A stretch of 64,000 nt of DNA from Bacteroidota bacterium (GTDB taxonomy: Bacteria; Bacteroidota; Bacteroidia; AKYH767-A; OLB10): positions 167,031 through 231,030 of the forward strand of contig JADJOA010000005.1 in NCBI GenBank assembly GCA_016714005.1. The letters run 5' to 3'. Shown piece after piece: positions 35,230 to 44,894 of this stretch. The translations under genes and the position numbers were made by a program. A model generated the notes under the pieces. It was not told the DNA's origin. It did no database searches and worked only from the letters and a program-made list of their open reading frames with translations. Position 1 is the first letter of the stretch; the number at the start of each line of letters is the position of its first letter.

Positions 35230-36096
35230 TTAGTTCATTTTTACTTTTTTACCCAAGTACCTTCTTAAAGCATTTGCCAAAAGATTTAATGTTAAAACCA
35301 ACAGTATTAATACCAATGCAGTTCCGTAAGCCATAGGGCGAGAAGCTTCAATATTGGTTCCGCTGGTAGAAATTACATACAGGTGATAAGGCAATGCCAT
35401 AACCTGATCGAAAATGCTTGATGGAAGTTTTGGGAGAAAATATGCAGCTACAGTAAAAAGTATAGGCGCTGTTTCGCCTGAAACACGACTCATGCTTAAT
35501 ATTAAACCGGTAACAATATTGGGTAGTGCAATAGGTAAAACCACTTTGCTGGTAGTTTGCCATTTACTTGCGCCCAAAGCAAAACTTGCTTCGCGGAAAT
35601 TTTTAGATACTGCTTTAAGCGCTTCTTCAGTTACGCGAATTACAACTGGCAGTGCAAGCAAGCCTAAGGTAAATGAGCCTGCAATAATGCTATCGCCCCA
35701 GCCTAACTTATTTACAAAAAATTCCATGCCAAACAATCCAAATACAATACTGGGTATGCCAGCCAGGTTGTTGGTCATTACATTTATAAACCTTTTAAAA
35801 AACCCATCGCGCATATACTCATTCATATATATACCACTCATTACCCCAACAGGAAATGCTATTATCATGCTTCCTGCCATAAGACAAAGCGTTCCAATAA
35901 GCGCGGGAAATATTCCGCCTTTGGTCATTCCGTCCTCGGGCATTGCGGTTAGAAACTCCCACGATAAAACAGAAAAACCGTTTAGTACGATAAATCCAAG
36001 TATGATTATTAAAATTACAAGTACGCTATAACTTAAAACACGTAGTGTACCAAATGCAAAATTTTGCTTTAATCTTTTCTTTTCTGCGTATTGCAC
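35230..36096 (-). CDS. pstA: phosphate ABC transporter permease PstA
   Basis: 288-aa intact ORF with 6 TM helices and an EAA-like loop (EASFALGASKWQTTSKVVLPIALP). Confidence 0.9.
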   Translation of the reverse strand: MQYAEKKRLKQNFAFGTLRVLSYSVLVILIIILGFIVLNGFSVLSWEFLTAMPEDGMTKGGIFPALIGTLCLMAGSMIIAFPVGVMSGIYMNEYMRDGFFKRFINVMTNNLAGIPSIVFGLFGMEFFVNKLGWGDSIIAGSFTLGLLALPVVIRVTEEALKAVSKNFREASFALGASKWQTTSKVVLPIALPNIVTGLILSMSRVSGETAPILFTVAAYFLPKLPSSIFDQVMALPYHLYVISTSGTNIEASRPMAYGTALVLILLVLTLNLLANALRRYLGKKVKMN

Positions 36097-36190
36097 TTTT
36101 TGAAAGTATGATTTATGAATAATGAATAATGAGTTGGTTTGAGCGTGTAACCCTTTCAGAGCTTTAAAGGTCTTGAAGGTTTGTTTTGTT

Positions 36191-37395
36191 TTAACGTTCT
36201 GTTCTCTTTTTGGGTGCTATTAGTTCAACTACAAAGTTTATGATAAGTGTTATAAAGAATAAGATACAGCCGAGAAAGAATAATGCTTTAAAATGTAAGC
36301 CGCCAAACGGGGCCTCACCCAACTCGGCTGCAATGGTGGCGGGTATGGTGCGAACGGGTTGCAACAGGCTGTTGGGCATAACGGCAGCGGTGCCGGTTAC
36401 CATAAGCACAGCCATTGTTTCTCCAATGGCTCTTCCTATTCCTAAAATAACTGCTGCTGTAATTCCGCTAATGGAGTAAGGAATAACTACACGCATAATG
36501 GTTTGCCAATGGTTTGCACCTAAAGCAAGACTCGCTTCTTTCATGGCACGAGGCGTATTTCTTATTGCATCTTCACTTATGGTTATAATTGTGGGTAATG
36601 CCATTATACCAAGAATGATGCTTCCGGCTAATGCAGATTCGCCTACAGGAAGGTTAAATAACTTTTGAATGAAAGGTACTATTACCACCAATCCAAAAAC
36701 CCATATACAACAGACGGAATGCCTGCCAGCAATTCAATAGTTGGTTTTAAGAAGTTGCGTATGCGCGGTTGTGCAATTTCGGCAAGGTAAATAGCTGCTG
36801 CAATGCCAAACGGCAGTGCAAGAAGTATGGCGCCAATGCTTACCAGAAATGTTCCGGCTATAAGCGGCAATACGCCTAATTGTGCTGCGGGTTGTGAGGT
36901 GGGAAACCACTCTTTTGCTTTCAGTACTTTAAGTAATTCAATTTTATCAATACTTAAATGATTGGCATTGATGGAAGGCTTAATATATTTTTCGGGTATA
37001 AATGCAATAATGCCCGGATGTTTGGTTATGTAATCTTCAATTTTTGCAGGCATGTGTTCAAAGTTGCTGCCTAACTCTTCTTCGGTATAAAAATTACCTA
37101 TGTCGTCAATTCTAAATAGTTCTATATCTTCTTGCTTACCTCCTATTTGTTTCCACGAAGTTATTTCCTGGTCAAATACAAGTTTAATCTGTTCAGTAGT
37201 TAGTTCTTTAACCGGATTGCTTTTGTGGGTAAGCAATTCAAATCCTTCTTCAACGGGAGTCATTTTAAACAACCCGAACGATTCACTGAAGAGGAAGAAA
37301 ATAATTAACAGCACTGTAAGCGTAGTTACAGTGCTGCTTAAAAAAAGTGAACCTTCTATTAAAGATTCCTTTAATCGTTTAAAACTAAAACCCAT
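36191..37395 (-). pseudogene. pstC: phosphate ABC transporter permease PstC (long form with PstS-like periplasmic insert), frameshifted as read
   Basis: 36682-37395 and 36191-36691 join at ...GIPSVVYGF / GLVVIVPFIQ... The EAA loop is EASLALGANHWQTIMRVVIP. The first periplasmic loop contains LTTEQIKLVFDQEITSWKQIGGKQEDIELF, resembling the PstS motif. Confidence 0.85.
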
Positions 37396-37423
37396 GTATT
37401 AAAAGAGAAAACACAATAATAAT

Positions 37424-38281
37424 TTATAACGGAACATATCCCACATCTGAAACCAACTTTTGACCTTCGGCTGATAGTATGTAATCAATAAAAGGCTTTA
37501 CCTTAGGTTCGGATGCTTTGGTGTAAAAGTAGTAGAGCGGACGAGAGATAGGGTAAGATTTGTTTTTTGCATTTTCTACCGATGGTGCTACAAAGGTTTT
37601 ACCATCATCGTAAGAAACTTCAAGGTGTTTAACATCTTTGGTTTCGTAAGCCAAACCCACATACCCAATAGCTCCTTCGGTTTGACTAACAGATTGTATG
37701 ATGGCTCCTGTTGCAGGCATGTTTAATACATCGGACGCATAATTTTTCTTGTCCATTACATGTTCTTTAAAGAATTCGTAAGTGCCGCTGCTGCTTTCGC
37801 GCGAGTAACAAATCACTTTTAAATCTTTGCCCCCTACTTCTTTCCAGTTTTTAATTTTTCCGGTAAACATATCGGCTATTTGCTTCTGCGTAAGTTTGCC
37901 AATAGCATTACCAGGGTTTACAACTACAGCTAACGCATCAAAACCTATTATTGATTCTACTACTTCTATTTTATTTTCTTCAAGCTTTAGTTTTTCATCC
38001 ATCTTTAAAGGGCGAGATGACATGGCAATGTCTGTAGCGCTTTCCATTAACGCAGAAATGCCCACGCCCGATCCGCCACCAACAACTGTAATGGATGCAT
38101 CAGGATGTTGTTTCATGTATGCTTCGGCTTCTTTTTGAGATAGCGGAAGTACGGTGTCGCTTCCTTTTATGGTTATGGAAGTTTTTGCAGAGGCTTCTGT
38201 ATTTTTAGTTTCCTGTTTGTTTGAATTGCTGCCGCACGCTGCAAGCAATAATGCTATTGGTAGTAATTTTAATTTGTTCAT
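37424..38281 (-). CDS. pstS: phosphate ABC transporter substrate-binding protein (PstS family), copy 1
   Basis: Lipoprotein signal LLPIALLLAAC. ITIKGSDTVLPLSQ, GGGSGVGISAL and KNWKEVGG motifs. Confidence 0.9.
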   Translation of the reverse strand: MNKLKLLPIALLLAACGSNSNKQETKNTEASAKTSITIKGSDTVLPLSQKEAEAYMKQHPDASITVVGGGSGVGISALMESATDIAMSSRPLKMDEKLKLEENKIEVVESIIGFDALAVVVNPGNAIGKLTQKQIADMFTGKIKNWKEVGGKDLKVICYSRESSSGTYEFFKEHVMDKKNYASDVLNMPATGAIIQSVSQTEGAIGYVGLAYETKDVKHLEVSYDDGKTFVAPSVENAKNKSYPISRPLYYFYTKASEPKVKPFIDYILSAEGQKLVSDVGYVPL

Positions 38282-38356
38282 ATTTGATATTGATATTGAA
38301 TTGTTACGAATTTATGAATGACTATAATTCTATTCATAACTCATCATTCCTGGTTT

Positions 38357-39181
38357 TTATTTTAATGTTATGTACCCTACCTTTTCTACCACTGCCTGTC
38401 CTTCGGCTGAAAGTACATAATCAACAAATGCTTTTACCGATTTTTCTTTTGCTGTTGGATAATAGTAAAACAAAGGGCGAACAATGGGGTATGTTTTATT
38501 TTTTGCGTTTTCTACTGATGCCATAGTGTATGTTTTTCCTTTATCATAACTTACTGCTATATCTTTAACAGACTTATCCATATAAGCAACTCCAATGTAA
38601 CCTATAGCGCCTTTTGTTTGTGAAACAGACTGTACAATGGCACCCGTAGCAGGCATATTAAGGCACGAACTTGCATAATTTTTTCTGTTTAACACGCTTT
38701 CTTTAAAAAACTCATACGTACCCGAACTTGTTTCGCGTGCATAAGCTATAATTTGCATATCAGAGCCACCTACTTCTTTCCAGTTTTTTATCTTACCTGT
38801 AAATATTCCTTCAATTTGTTCGCGAGTAAGTTTAGACACACCGTTTGATGGATTAACTACTACAGCCAATGCATCGTAAGCTACAATTACTTCTTTAACC
38901 GCTCTGCCTGCTTCTTGTAATTTTAACTTTTCATCCATTTTCATTTTACGACTGCTCATGGCAATATCTGTAGTTCCATCTATTAATGCTGATATGCCTA
39001 CACCGGAACCACCGCCAACAACGGTAACTGATGCCCCGCTGTTCTTTTTCATATATGTTTCGGCTTCTTTTTGCGAAAGCGGTAAAACCGTATCGCTGCC
39101 TTTAATGGTTATACGTGTTTGTGCATTGGCAAATATGCCTGCTGCAAGTAAACTTAGTGTTATTAAAATGTTCTTTTTCAT
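38357..39181 (-). CDS. pstS: phosphate ABC transporter substrate-binding protein (PstS family), copy 2
   Basis: Paralog of the preceding gene, highly similar by eye, with a signal peptide and the same motifs. Confidence 0.9.
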   Translation of the reverse strand: MKKNILITLSLLAAGIFANAQTRITIKGSDTVLPLSQKEAETYMKKNSGASVTVVGGGSGVGISALIDGTTDIAMSSRKMKMDEKLKLQEAGRAVKEVIVAYDALAVVVNPSNGVSKLTREQIEGIFTGKIKNWKEVGGSDMQIIAYARETSSGTYEFFKESVLNRKNYASSCLNMPATGAIVQSVSQTKGAIGYIGVAYMDKSVKDIAVSYDKGKTYTMASVENAKNKTYPIVRPLFYYYPTAKEKSVKAFVDYVLSAEGQAVVEKVGYITLK

Positions 39182-39297
39182 TTTATGTTTTTATTAATAA
39201 TTAATTGTTTTAATTGATGCTGTTGCAGGCTTTTTGATGAGGAAATCAAAATCAATTTGCCCGTTGGAATTCTGTCTTTAGCCTCTTTTAACTTTAA

Positions 39298-40706
39298 TTA
39301 AAATCTTATTTGAGTGCGAAGAGTAAATACATTGTCTTTTAAATCTTTGGTATAGCCGCTCAGGTTCTCGCTGGTTTCATTTTTAACCATATCATAATAT
39401 GCTGTTATGCGCACATTGGCATCCCACCTGTAAATAAGACCTAATCCAATGGTTTCGTATTTTAAATCGGTGGCATTAAATGCCCTTGCCGATGAATTGG
39501 CAACCTTTTTACCAATATCGTTTCCTTCTACATCGGTGTTTGGGTCATACCAATCGTATTTAACAACAACCTGCCATGGGGATTGCATAATGTTGTGAAG
39601 GAAATAAAAGTAAGCACCGTTAAAACTCCTTTTATAGATAGAGCTTGTGTTTGCTGCAGCAGGGCTTGCTGTTGAAGATGAAAAGCCCGGCTGATCGCCT
39701 TGTATATATTCACCTCTAATGGTAGTTAAACCGCCAATCCAATCAACACTTAACTGAACATCGGCACCTACGTATTTACGTTTGGCAGCTTTGCGTGTGG
39801 CAATACCTACGCTGTAGAAATCAGCCTTTTTGTTTTCAAAAACAAAACTTGTTAAGCCAAGCGAATCTTTACCAATTTTAAAAACATCTACGGTATCAAT
39901 TCTAAACCCGCCATCGTAAACAGATACACCACCACCATATCTTATTTTTTCGTTTGCAGTGTTTTTAGCAAAACTTAAGTGCCCGATAAAATCTTTGAAC
40001 TTATCAAAATCACTTGCATCCAAACCCGGGCCACGGCTCCGGTTCCATTAAAATATCCGGCCTCTAATTTCAACCAGTTCCATCTCGAAATTTTTGGTGC
40101 CTGCAAAGTAACCATACCACCTAAATCTCTCTCGCCCGGAAACAATATTTGCGACATACGACCACGCTCGGGAGATTCACGCAGGTTTGATGAGTACCCA
40201 ATCTCATAACCAAACGGGCGGTTTTGCATACCTGCTGTAAAGTTGAACCAACCACACCATGGATCCGTAAATTTTAAATATGCATCTTTAATAGTTAAAC
40301 CTTTTTCTGTTACATCAAACTGTAAAACATATTGCGATGTATTCCATCCTTTATCATTTAACTGAGAGTCGTACTGAAATTTAACACGACCTCTTCTTAC
40401 GGCAATCCTCTTATCTACCCCAGCAGGAAAATTTCCACCATTAAAAGACTGCTGACCAGATGAATCGGCATACTGAAACTGCGCCTGCAGGTAACCGCTA
40501 ACTTTAATACGTTTTAATAATTCCAGTTCCTGTCCGTATCTGCTAAGTGTAGATATGGTAGTGTCTGTGTTTTCCGGTTCGGTTACCTGCGCTTTTGCAG
40601 CATTAACCGATGCTACACCAAAGAGTAGTGCAATGGGTAAAATGTGTTTGAGTTTAAACATAGTTGCTCTGTTTTTTTTTGACACTGCAAAAGGATATAT
40701 AAGCAA
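39298..40706 (-). pseudogene. phosphate-selective porin O/P-like outer-membrane porin, frameshifted as read
   Basis: 39975-40706 carries a signal peptide and beta-strand pattern (VSGYLQAQFQY...). 39298-40023 ends in ...FTLRTQIRF. They join as ...GYFNGTGA..GPGLDASDFDKF... with an indel in the G/C run at about 40025-40045. Confidence 0.7.
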
Positions 40707-41550
40707 TTATGTGAATGTATTTTTAAGGTTAAATTAAGGTTAATAAGAGGGGGTTGTTAAAACATTGCAGTAACATAGGAGCAACAAAGAAAACCCAAAC
40801 TAACAACAAGTAGTAGCCGGAGCTACTGTTAAGGGTTAGGTTGTAAAAATATTTGATATAAGAATTTAATGCAGTTGTGCAGTTTTCTGCTTTTAAAGTG
40901 AGAAGCTACAAAACAAGACAAGGTTGCATGTGGTGTGTGAAAGGGTTTTGTATTTGGTTGAATAAGTGGGTTTAAAAACGATGTTTGTTTGGTTAGGCTG
41001 AACGATATTAAGAGCTTAACAATTACTGTTGCGTGTTAAAAGATTGATGTTGGTGCAGGACTTTTTATTGCTGAGGTTGATCAAATTGAATTATGGAGTT
41101 GAAAAAACAATGTTAGGGTGCGACTTAACAATGTTGAGGTTTGACTTGATGCGGGCATGGCTGAAAAAATGGCAGTGGCGGGTGGATTTATTGAGGGCAT
41201 GGATTTACTTGAAGGTATAAGGGTTTAAAAAGCAGAAGACGTGGGTGCAATTGCGGAGGACGATTTTTAAAAAACGAAGGAGGTGGATGGGTTTGTTGAT
41301 GACGTTGGTGGATTTAAGGGAATGGTGGGTTGAAAATGTGAGGGTGAGCAGGAACTATCTATTTGCTTTATTTTATTTGTTAACGATTGGTTTTTTGCAT
41401 TTTGCGAAGGAAATGCAGGGATGGAAACAGAGTTGGTATAATGCCTTGGTTAGTGAAAGGGCAACGCTTGTAAACAGGCAATATGTTTTAGATGTATTTG
41501 ATGGGATAGAGAATTTTAAATTTTGTCATTTGAAAAATGCAGTTGTGGAT

Positions 41551-41760
41551 TTAGGCTAACGGGGTGCTAATAGGTATTATACCCAGCAGGTGAAGGGCGG
41601 CCTGCCGGGTTGTGGGATGCATAAGGGAGCCGTTGTGGGTAAAAATATCTCTTACCTCATTGGGAGGAAAGCCATTGCCAAGGGGTTGCAAGATTTGCGC
41701 AGGGGCTATTTGAATAATAGCCACACAGATAAGCAGGAATATTTTTGCTTTTATGCGCAT
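41551..41760 (-). pseudogene. truncated third copy of the T9SS beta-propeller paralog family (only the first ~47 codons are retained)
   Basis: MRIKAKIFLLICVAIIQIAPAQILQPLGNGFPPNEVRDIFTHNGSLM matches the N-termini of 41769-43112 and 43121-44458. After that the sequence diverges into unrelated sequence and a stop. Confidence 0.75.
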
Positions 41761-41768
41761 TTTACCAT

Positions 41769-43112
41769 TTAGTTCTTGATGAACTGTTTGCTGATTTTAT
41801 TGCCCTTGGAAAAAACAGTGATGTAGTAGGTGCCCTTGGGAAGGGCTGCAATGGGTATGTTGATGGAGTTGGTTTTGATTGATTGCTGTTGTGAAAAAAG
41901 AAGCTGACCGAATAGGTTTGTAACCTCTGCTTTTTGAATGAATTGGTTTTGTGCGGTGAGTTTAACTGCAATTTGGGTTGAGGCAGGATTGGGGATGATG
42001 GTGAGGTGGTTCTGAGATGGTTTTAGTTCTGTGAGGTTGGTGGTGGTATCTATATAGGCGGCTATTCTGTTAACGGTTATGCCGCCTGCGGTATCGAAAC
42101 CGCCACCCACGATGAGCATGTTGTTGTACTCTAACAGGGCAGTAACACCTCCATCGGTACCAGTACCAAGATTTTTCCAATCTGTTCCATCAAAGTATGC
42201 AATGTTGTTTATGGTATCGCCAGCTAAGTTAACGGGTCGGTAGCTTGTACCTGCAACTATTTTACCTTTATACATTCCTAAACTTAAAGGATGCATGGCA
42301 GGACCACTGCCAACAGGAAACCATGTGCTGCCATCCCAATATGCAATATTAGATAAGCAATTATTGGCACTACCATTTACGCCACTAATATCTCCTACAT
42401 ACAAACGGTTATTAATGGAGTCAACTGCCATACAAACAACGTCACCGGTAGTGCCGCCACCTACCGGGCTCCATGTGGTGCCATTAAATTTTATTATGTT
42501 GTAAGCAGTTACGGTATCTATACTTGAAAAGTATCCGCCTACATACAGTTCGTTATTAAAAACTGCCATTGAAAATATTTGAGATAACCCACCTGATGTG
42601 CCAATACCGATGGGATGCCATGCTGTGCCATCCCACCGCGCAATGTCGCGCATGGGTTGGCTATCTACTGACAGGAAATTGCCTCCTATGTATATGCTGC
42701 CCTTGTAGCTTTTTAATGCAGCTACACTTCCATTAATTACTCCATAACCTAAGCTACTCCAATTAACGCCATTGTATTTTGCTACACCCTTACCATTAGA
42801 AATCCCAAACATGTTAAAAAAGATACCTCCTACATATAAGTCACCGTTAAGCGTATCGCTATCGTAAGCACCACCACCAAAAAAAAGCCCGTTAGAATAG
42901 GCTTGCCAACTGGTGCCGTTCCATTTTTGAATGTTTGTGTAGCTGCCGCTGGTTGCCATGTTTCCACTGACCATAAGGGAGCCGTTGTGGGTGAAAATAT
43001 CTCTTACCTCATTGGGAGGAAAGCCATTGCCAAGGGGTTGCCAGATTTGCGCAGGGGCTATTTGGGCAATGGTTAAGAAGATAAGTAGGAATATTTTTGC
43101 TTTTATGCGCAT
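41769..43112 (-). CDS. secreted beta-propeller-repeat protein with T9SS C-terminal sorting domain (paralog 1)
   Basis: 447 aa with a signal peptide, reiterated ...GG.F....G....NIA.WDG..W...G.G blades, and the CTD TIIPNPASTQIAVKL...LPKGTYYITVFSKGNKISKQFIKN. Confidence 0.75.
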   Translation of the reverse strand: MRIKAKIFLLIFLTIAQIAPAQIWQPLGNGFPPNEVRDIFTHNGSLMVSGNMATSGSYTNIQKWNGTSWQAYSNGLFFGGGAYDSDTLNGDLYVGGIFFNMFGISNGKGVAKYNGVNWSSLGYGVINGSVAALKSYKGSIYIGGNFLSVDSQPMRDIARWDGTAWHPIGIGTSGGLSQIFSMAVFNNELYVGGYFSSIDTVTAYNIIKFNGTTWSPVGGGTTGDVVCMAVDSINNRLYVGDISGVNGSANNCLSNIAYWDGSTWFPVGSGPAMHPLSLGMYKGKIVAGTSYRPVNLAGDTINNIAYFDGTDWKNLGTGTDGGVTALLEYNNMLIVGGGFDTAGGITVNRIAAYIDTTTNLTELKPSQNHLTIIPNPASTQIAVKLTAQNQFIQKAEVTNLFGQLLFSQQQSIKTNSINIPIAALPKGTYYITVFSKGNKISKQFIKN

Positions 43113-43120
43113 TTTACCAT

Positions 43121-44458
43121 TTAGTTCTTAATGAACTGTTTGCTGATTTTATTGCCATTGGAAAAAACAGTGATGTAGTAGGTGCCCTTGGGAAGGGCTG
43201 CAATGGGTATGTTGATGGAGTTGGTTTTGGTTGCTTGCTGTTGTGAAAAAAGAAGCTGACCGGAAAGGTTTGTAACCTCTGCTTTTTGAATGAACTGGTT
43301 TTGTGAGGACAGTTTAACTGTAATTTGGGTTGAGGCGGGGTTGGGTATGATGGTGAGGTGGTTCTGAGATGGGTTTAGTTCTGTGAGGTTGGTGGTGGTA
43401 TCTATGTATGCTGCTATTCTATTTGCAGGCATGCCTCCTGCGATATCGAAATAACCTCCTACTACTAACAGGTTATTGTATTGCATGAGTGCATAAACAG
43501 TGCTATTTACTCCGCTGCCAAGGTTTTTCCAGTCTGTCCCATCAAAGTATGCGATATGATTAATTGTATCGCCCGCTAAGTTTACTGGGCGATAACCAGT
43601 GCCTGCAACTATTTTGCCTTTATACATGCCTAAACTCAAAGGGTGCATTTCGGGTACTGTACCAACCGCAAACCAGTTACTGCCATCCCAATATCCGACT
43701 TTGGATGGACAATTATTGGCAACACCATTAAAGCCATAAATACCTCCAACATATAGTCTGTTATTAATGGTATCTACAGCCATGCATCTTACATCACCGG
43801 TAGTGCCTCCTCCTACCGGACTCCATGTGGTGCCATTAAATTTTATAATGTTATAAGCTGTTACGGTATCTATGCTTGAAAAATAGCCGCCCACATACAG
43901 TTCGTTATTAAAAACTGCCATACAAAATATTTGTGATAAGCCGCCTGATGTGCCTACTCCAATAGGATGCCATGTGGTGCCATCCCACCGGGCAATGTCT
44001 CGCATGGGTTGGCTATCTACTGACAGGAAATTGCCTCCTATGTATATATTGCCCTTGTAGCTTTTTAATGCAGCTACATCTCCATCAGTTACACCATAAC
44101 CTAAGTTGTTCCAATTTGCTCCATCGTATTTTGCTACTGCTCTGGCATTAGGAATGCCAAACATGTTGATAAACCTTCCTCCTGCATATAAATCACCGTT
44201 AAGCGTATCGCTATCGTAAGCACCAGCACCAAAAAAAAGTCCGTTGGTATATGCTTGCCAACTGCTGCCGTTCCATTGCTGAATACTTCCATAAATACCA
44301 CTGGTAGCCATATTGCCACTGACCATAAGGGAGCCGTTGTGGGTGAAAATATCTCTTACCTCATTGGGAGGAAAGCCATTGCCAAGGGGTTGCCAAATTT
44401 GAGCAGGGGCTATTTGGGCAATGGTTAAGAAGATAAGCTGGAATATTGTTGCTTTCAT
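43121..44458 (-). CDS. secreted beta-propeller-repeat protein with T9SS C-terminal sorting domain (paralog 2)
   Basis: 445 aa. It is highly similar along its full length to 41769-43112 and separated from it by only 8 nt. Confidence 0.75.
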   Translation of the reverse strand: MKATIFQLIFLTIAQIAPAQIWQPLGNGFPPNEVRDIFTHNGSLMVSGNMATSGIYGSIQQWNGSSWQAYTNGLFFGAGAYDSDTLNGDLYAGGRFINMFGIPNARAVAKYDGANWNNLGYGVTDGDVAALKSYKGNIYIGGNFLSVDSQPMRDIARWDGTTWHPIGVGTSGGLSQIFCMAVFNNELYVGGYFSSIDTVTAYNIIKFNGTTWSPVGGGTTGDVRCMAVDTINNRLYVGGIYGFNGVANNCPSKVGYWDGSNWFAVGTVPEMHPLSLGMYKGKIVAGTGYRPVNLAGDTINHIAYFDGTDWKNLGSGVNSTVYALMQYNNLLVVGGYFDIAGGMPANRIAAYIDTTTNLTELNPSQNHLTIIPNPASTQITVKLSSQNQFIQKAEVTNLSGQLLFSQQQATKTNSINIPIAALPKGTYYITVFSNGNKISKQFIKN

Positions 44459-44480
44459 AAATGCTAAATTAAAATAAATA

Positions 44481-44514
44481 AAAGAGGTTAGTGAAAACGC
44501 AGACTAACCTCTTT
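44481..44514. terminator. terminator-like hairpin
   Basis: AAAGAGGTTAGT-gaaaacgcag-ACTAACCTCTTT with T-rich tails on both strands. It lies between the paralog array and RAYT-derived element A. Confidence 0.5.
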
Positions 44515-44568
44515 TTATTTTAGTATGAGATAAAAGCAATATTTAGCACAATACCTGTTAATACCTCA

Positions 44569-44852
44569 CTGCACTCGTCCTTGTCTGAAGCAAAGCCTTG
44601 TGCGCTGTGAGGAGGATGTAAAGCTTCCGAAAGATAAAATTATTTTTGCCATAGTATATTAAAAATTATGTCGGGCGACAGATATTTTATCAGATATTAA
44701 AACCCCGGTTGAGCAAGGCGTAGTGTTTTATGAAAAGGATTATCTTTATAGCTCTGCTAAAGAGTACAGTGATGAAAAGGGGTTGGTTAGAATTTCGTTG
44801 TTAAAGGATGTGCAGGCATCCTCGTCTCTACACACTTGCAAGGACGAGAGGG
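44569..44852 (+). mobile_element. RAYT-derived non-autonomous element, copy A (REP-like hairpin + 3' remnant of a Y1 transposase gene + shortened right hairpin)
   Basis: About 90% identical by eye to 46461-46757 and 54684-54980. The internal frame reads ...DIKTPVEQGVVFYEKDYLYSSAKEYSDEKGLVRISLL, like the conserved C-terminus (NPV.aG.V....dY.YSSa.dY) of REP-associated tyrosine transposases. The right end lacks the CGCGTCAGACGA segment. Confidence 0.7.
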
Positions 44853-44894
44853 AAATTAGTGGTAGACAAAAGGGAATGAACAAAGAGTTCTAAA

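Noticed and set aside
35414-36031. 205-aa ORF antisense to pstA, and similar long antisense ORFs (for example 51898-52464, 18856-19299, 13406-13765, 48902-49234, 49298-49672)
   Set aside because: Each lies entirely within a well-supported gene on the opposite strand and has low-complexity, Ser/Pro/Ile-rich composition typical of shadow ORFs.
40760-40776. 17-mer AAACATTGCAGTAACAT shared with 57674-57690
   Set aside because: A single exact 17-mer match between two sites in 64 kb of A+T-rich DNA is close to chance expectation. Similarity fades within a few bases on both sides, and the two contexts are unrelated (upstream of the porin, and downstream of a terminator).
41181-41553. Several (T/G)GTGGATTTA strings resembling DnaA boxes (TGTGGATAA), in a long non-coding region, with a gene-strand switch at about 46.4-46.8 kb, suggesting oriC
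   Set aside because: Each box has about 2 mismatches to the consensus. The boxes lie in a G-rich region where such strings arise easily. There is no adjacent dnaA or dnaN and no obvious A+T-rich unwinding element. The strand switch is 5 kb away and is occupied by a repeat element. A genome-wide GC-skew analysis would be needed.
41029-41559. Plus-strand ORFs 41029-41220 (63 aa) and 41245-41559 (104 aa)
   Set aside because: They use non-ATG starts and have implausible W/R/L/M-rich composition that simply mirrors the G+T-rich strand bias. No family resemblance was seen, so I treat them as non-coding.
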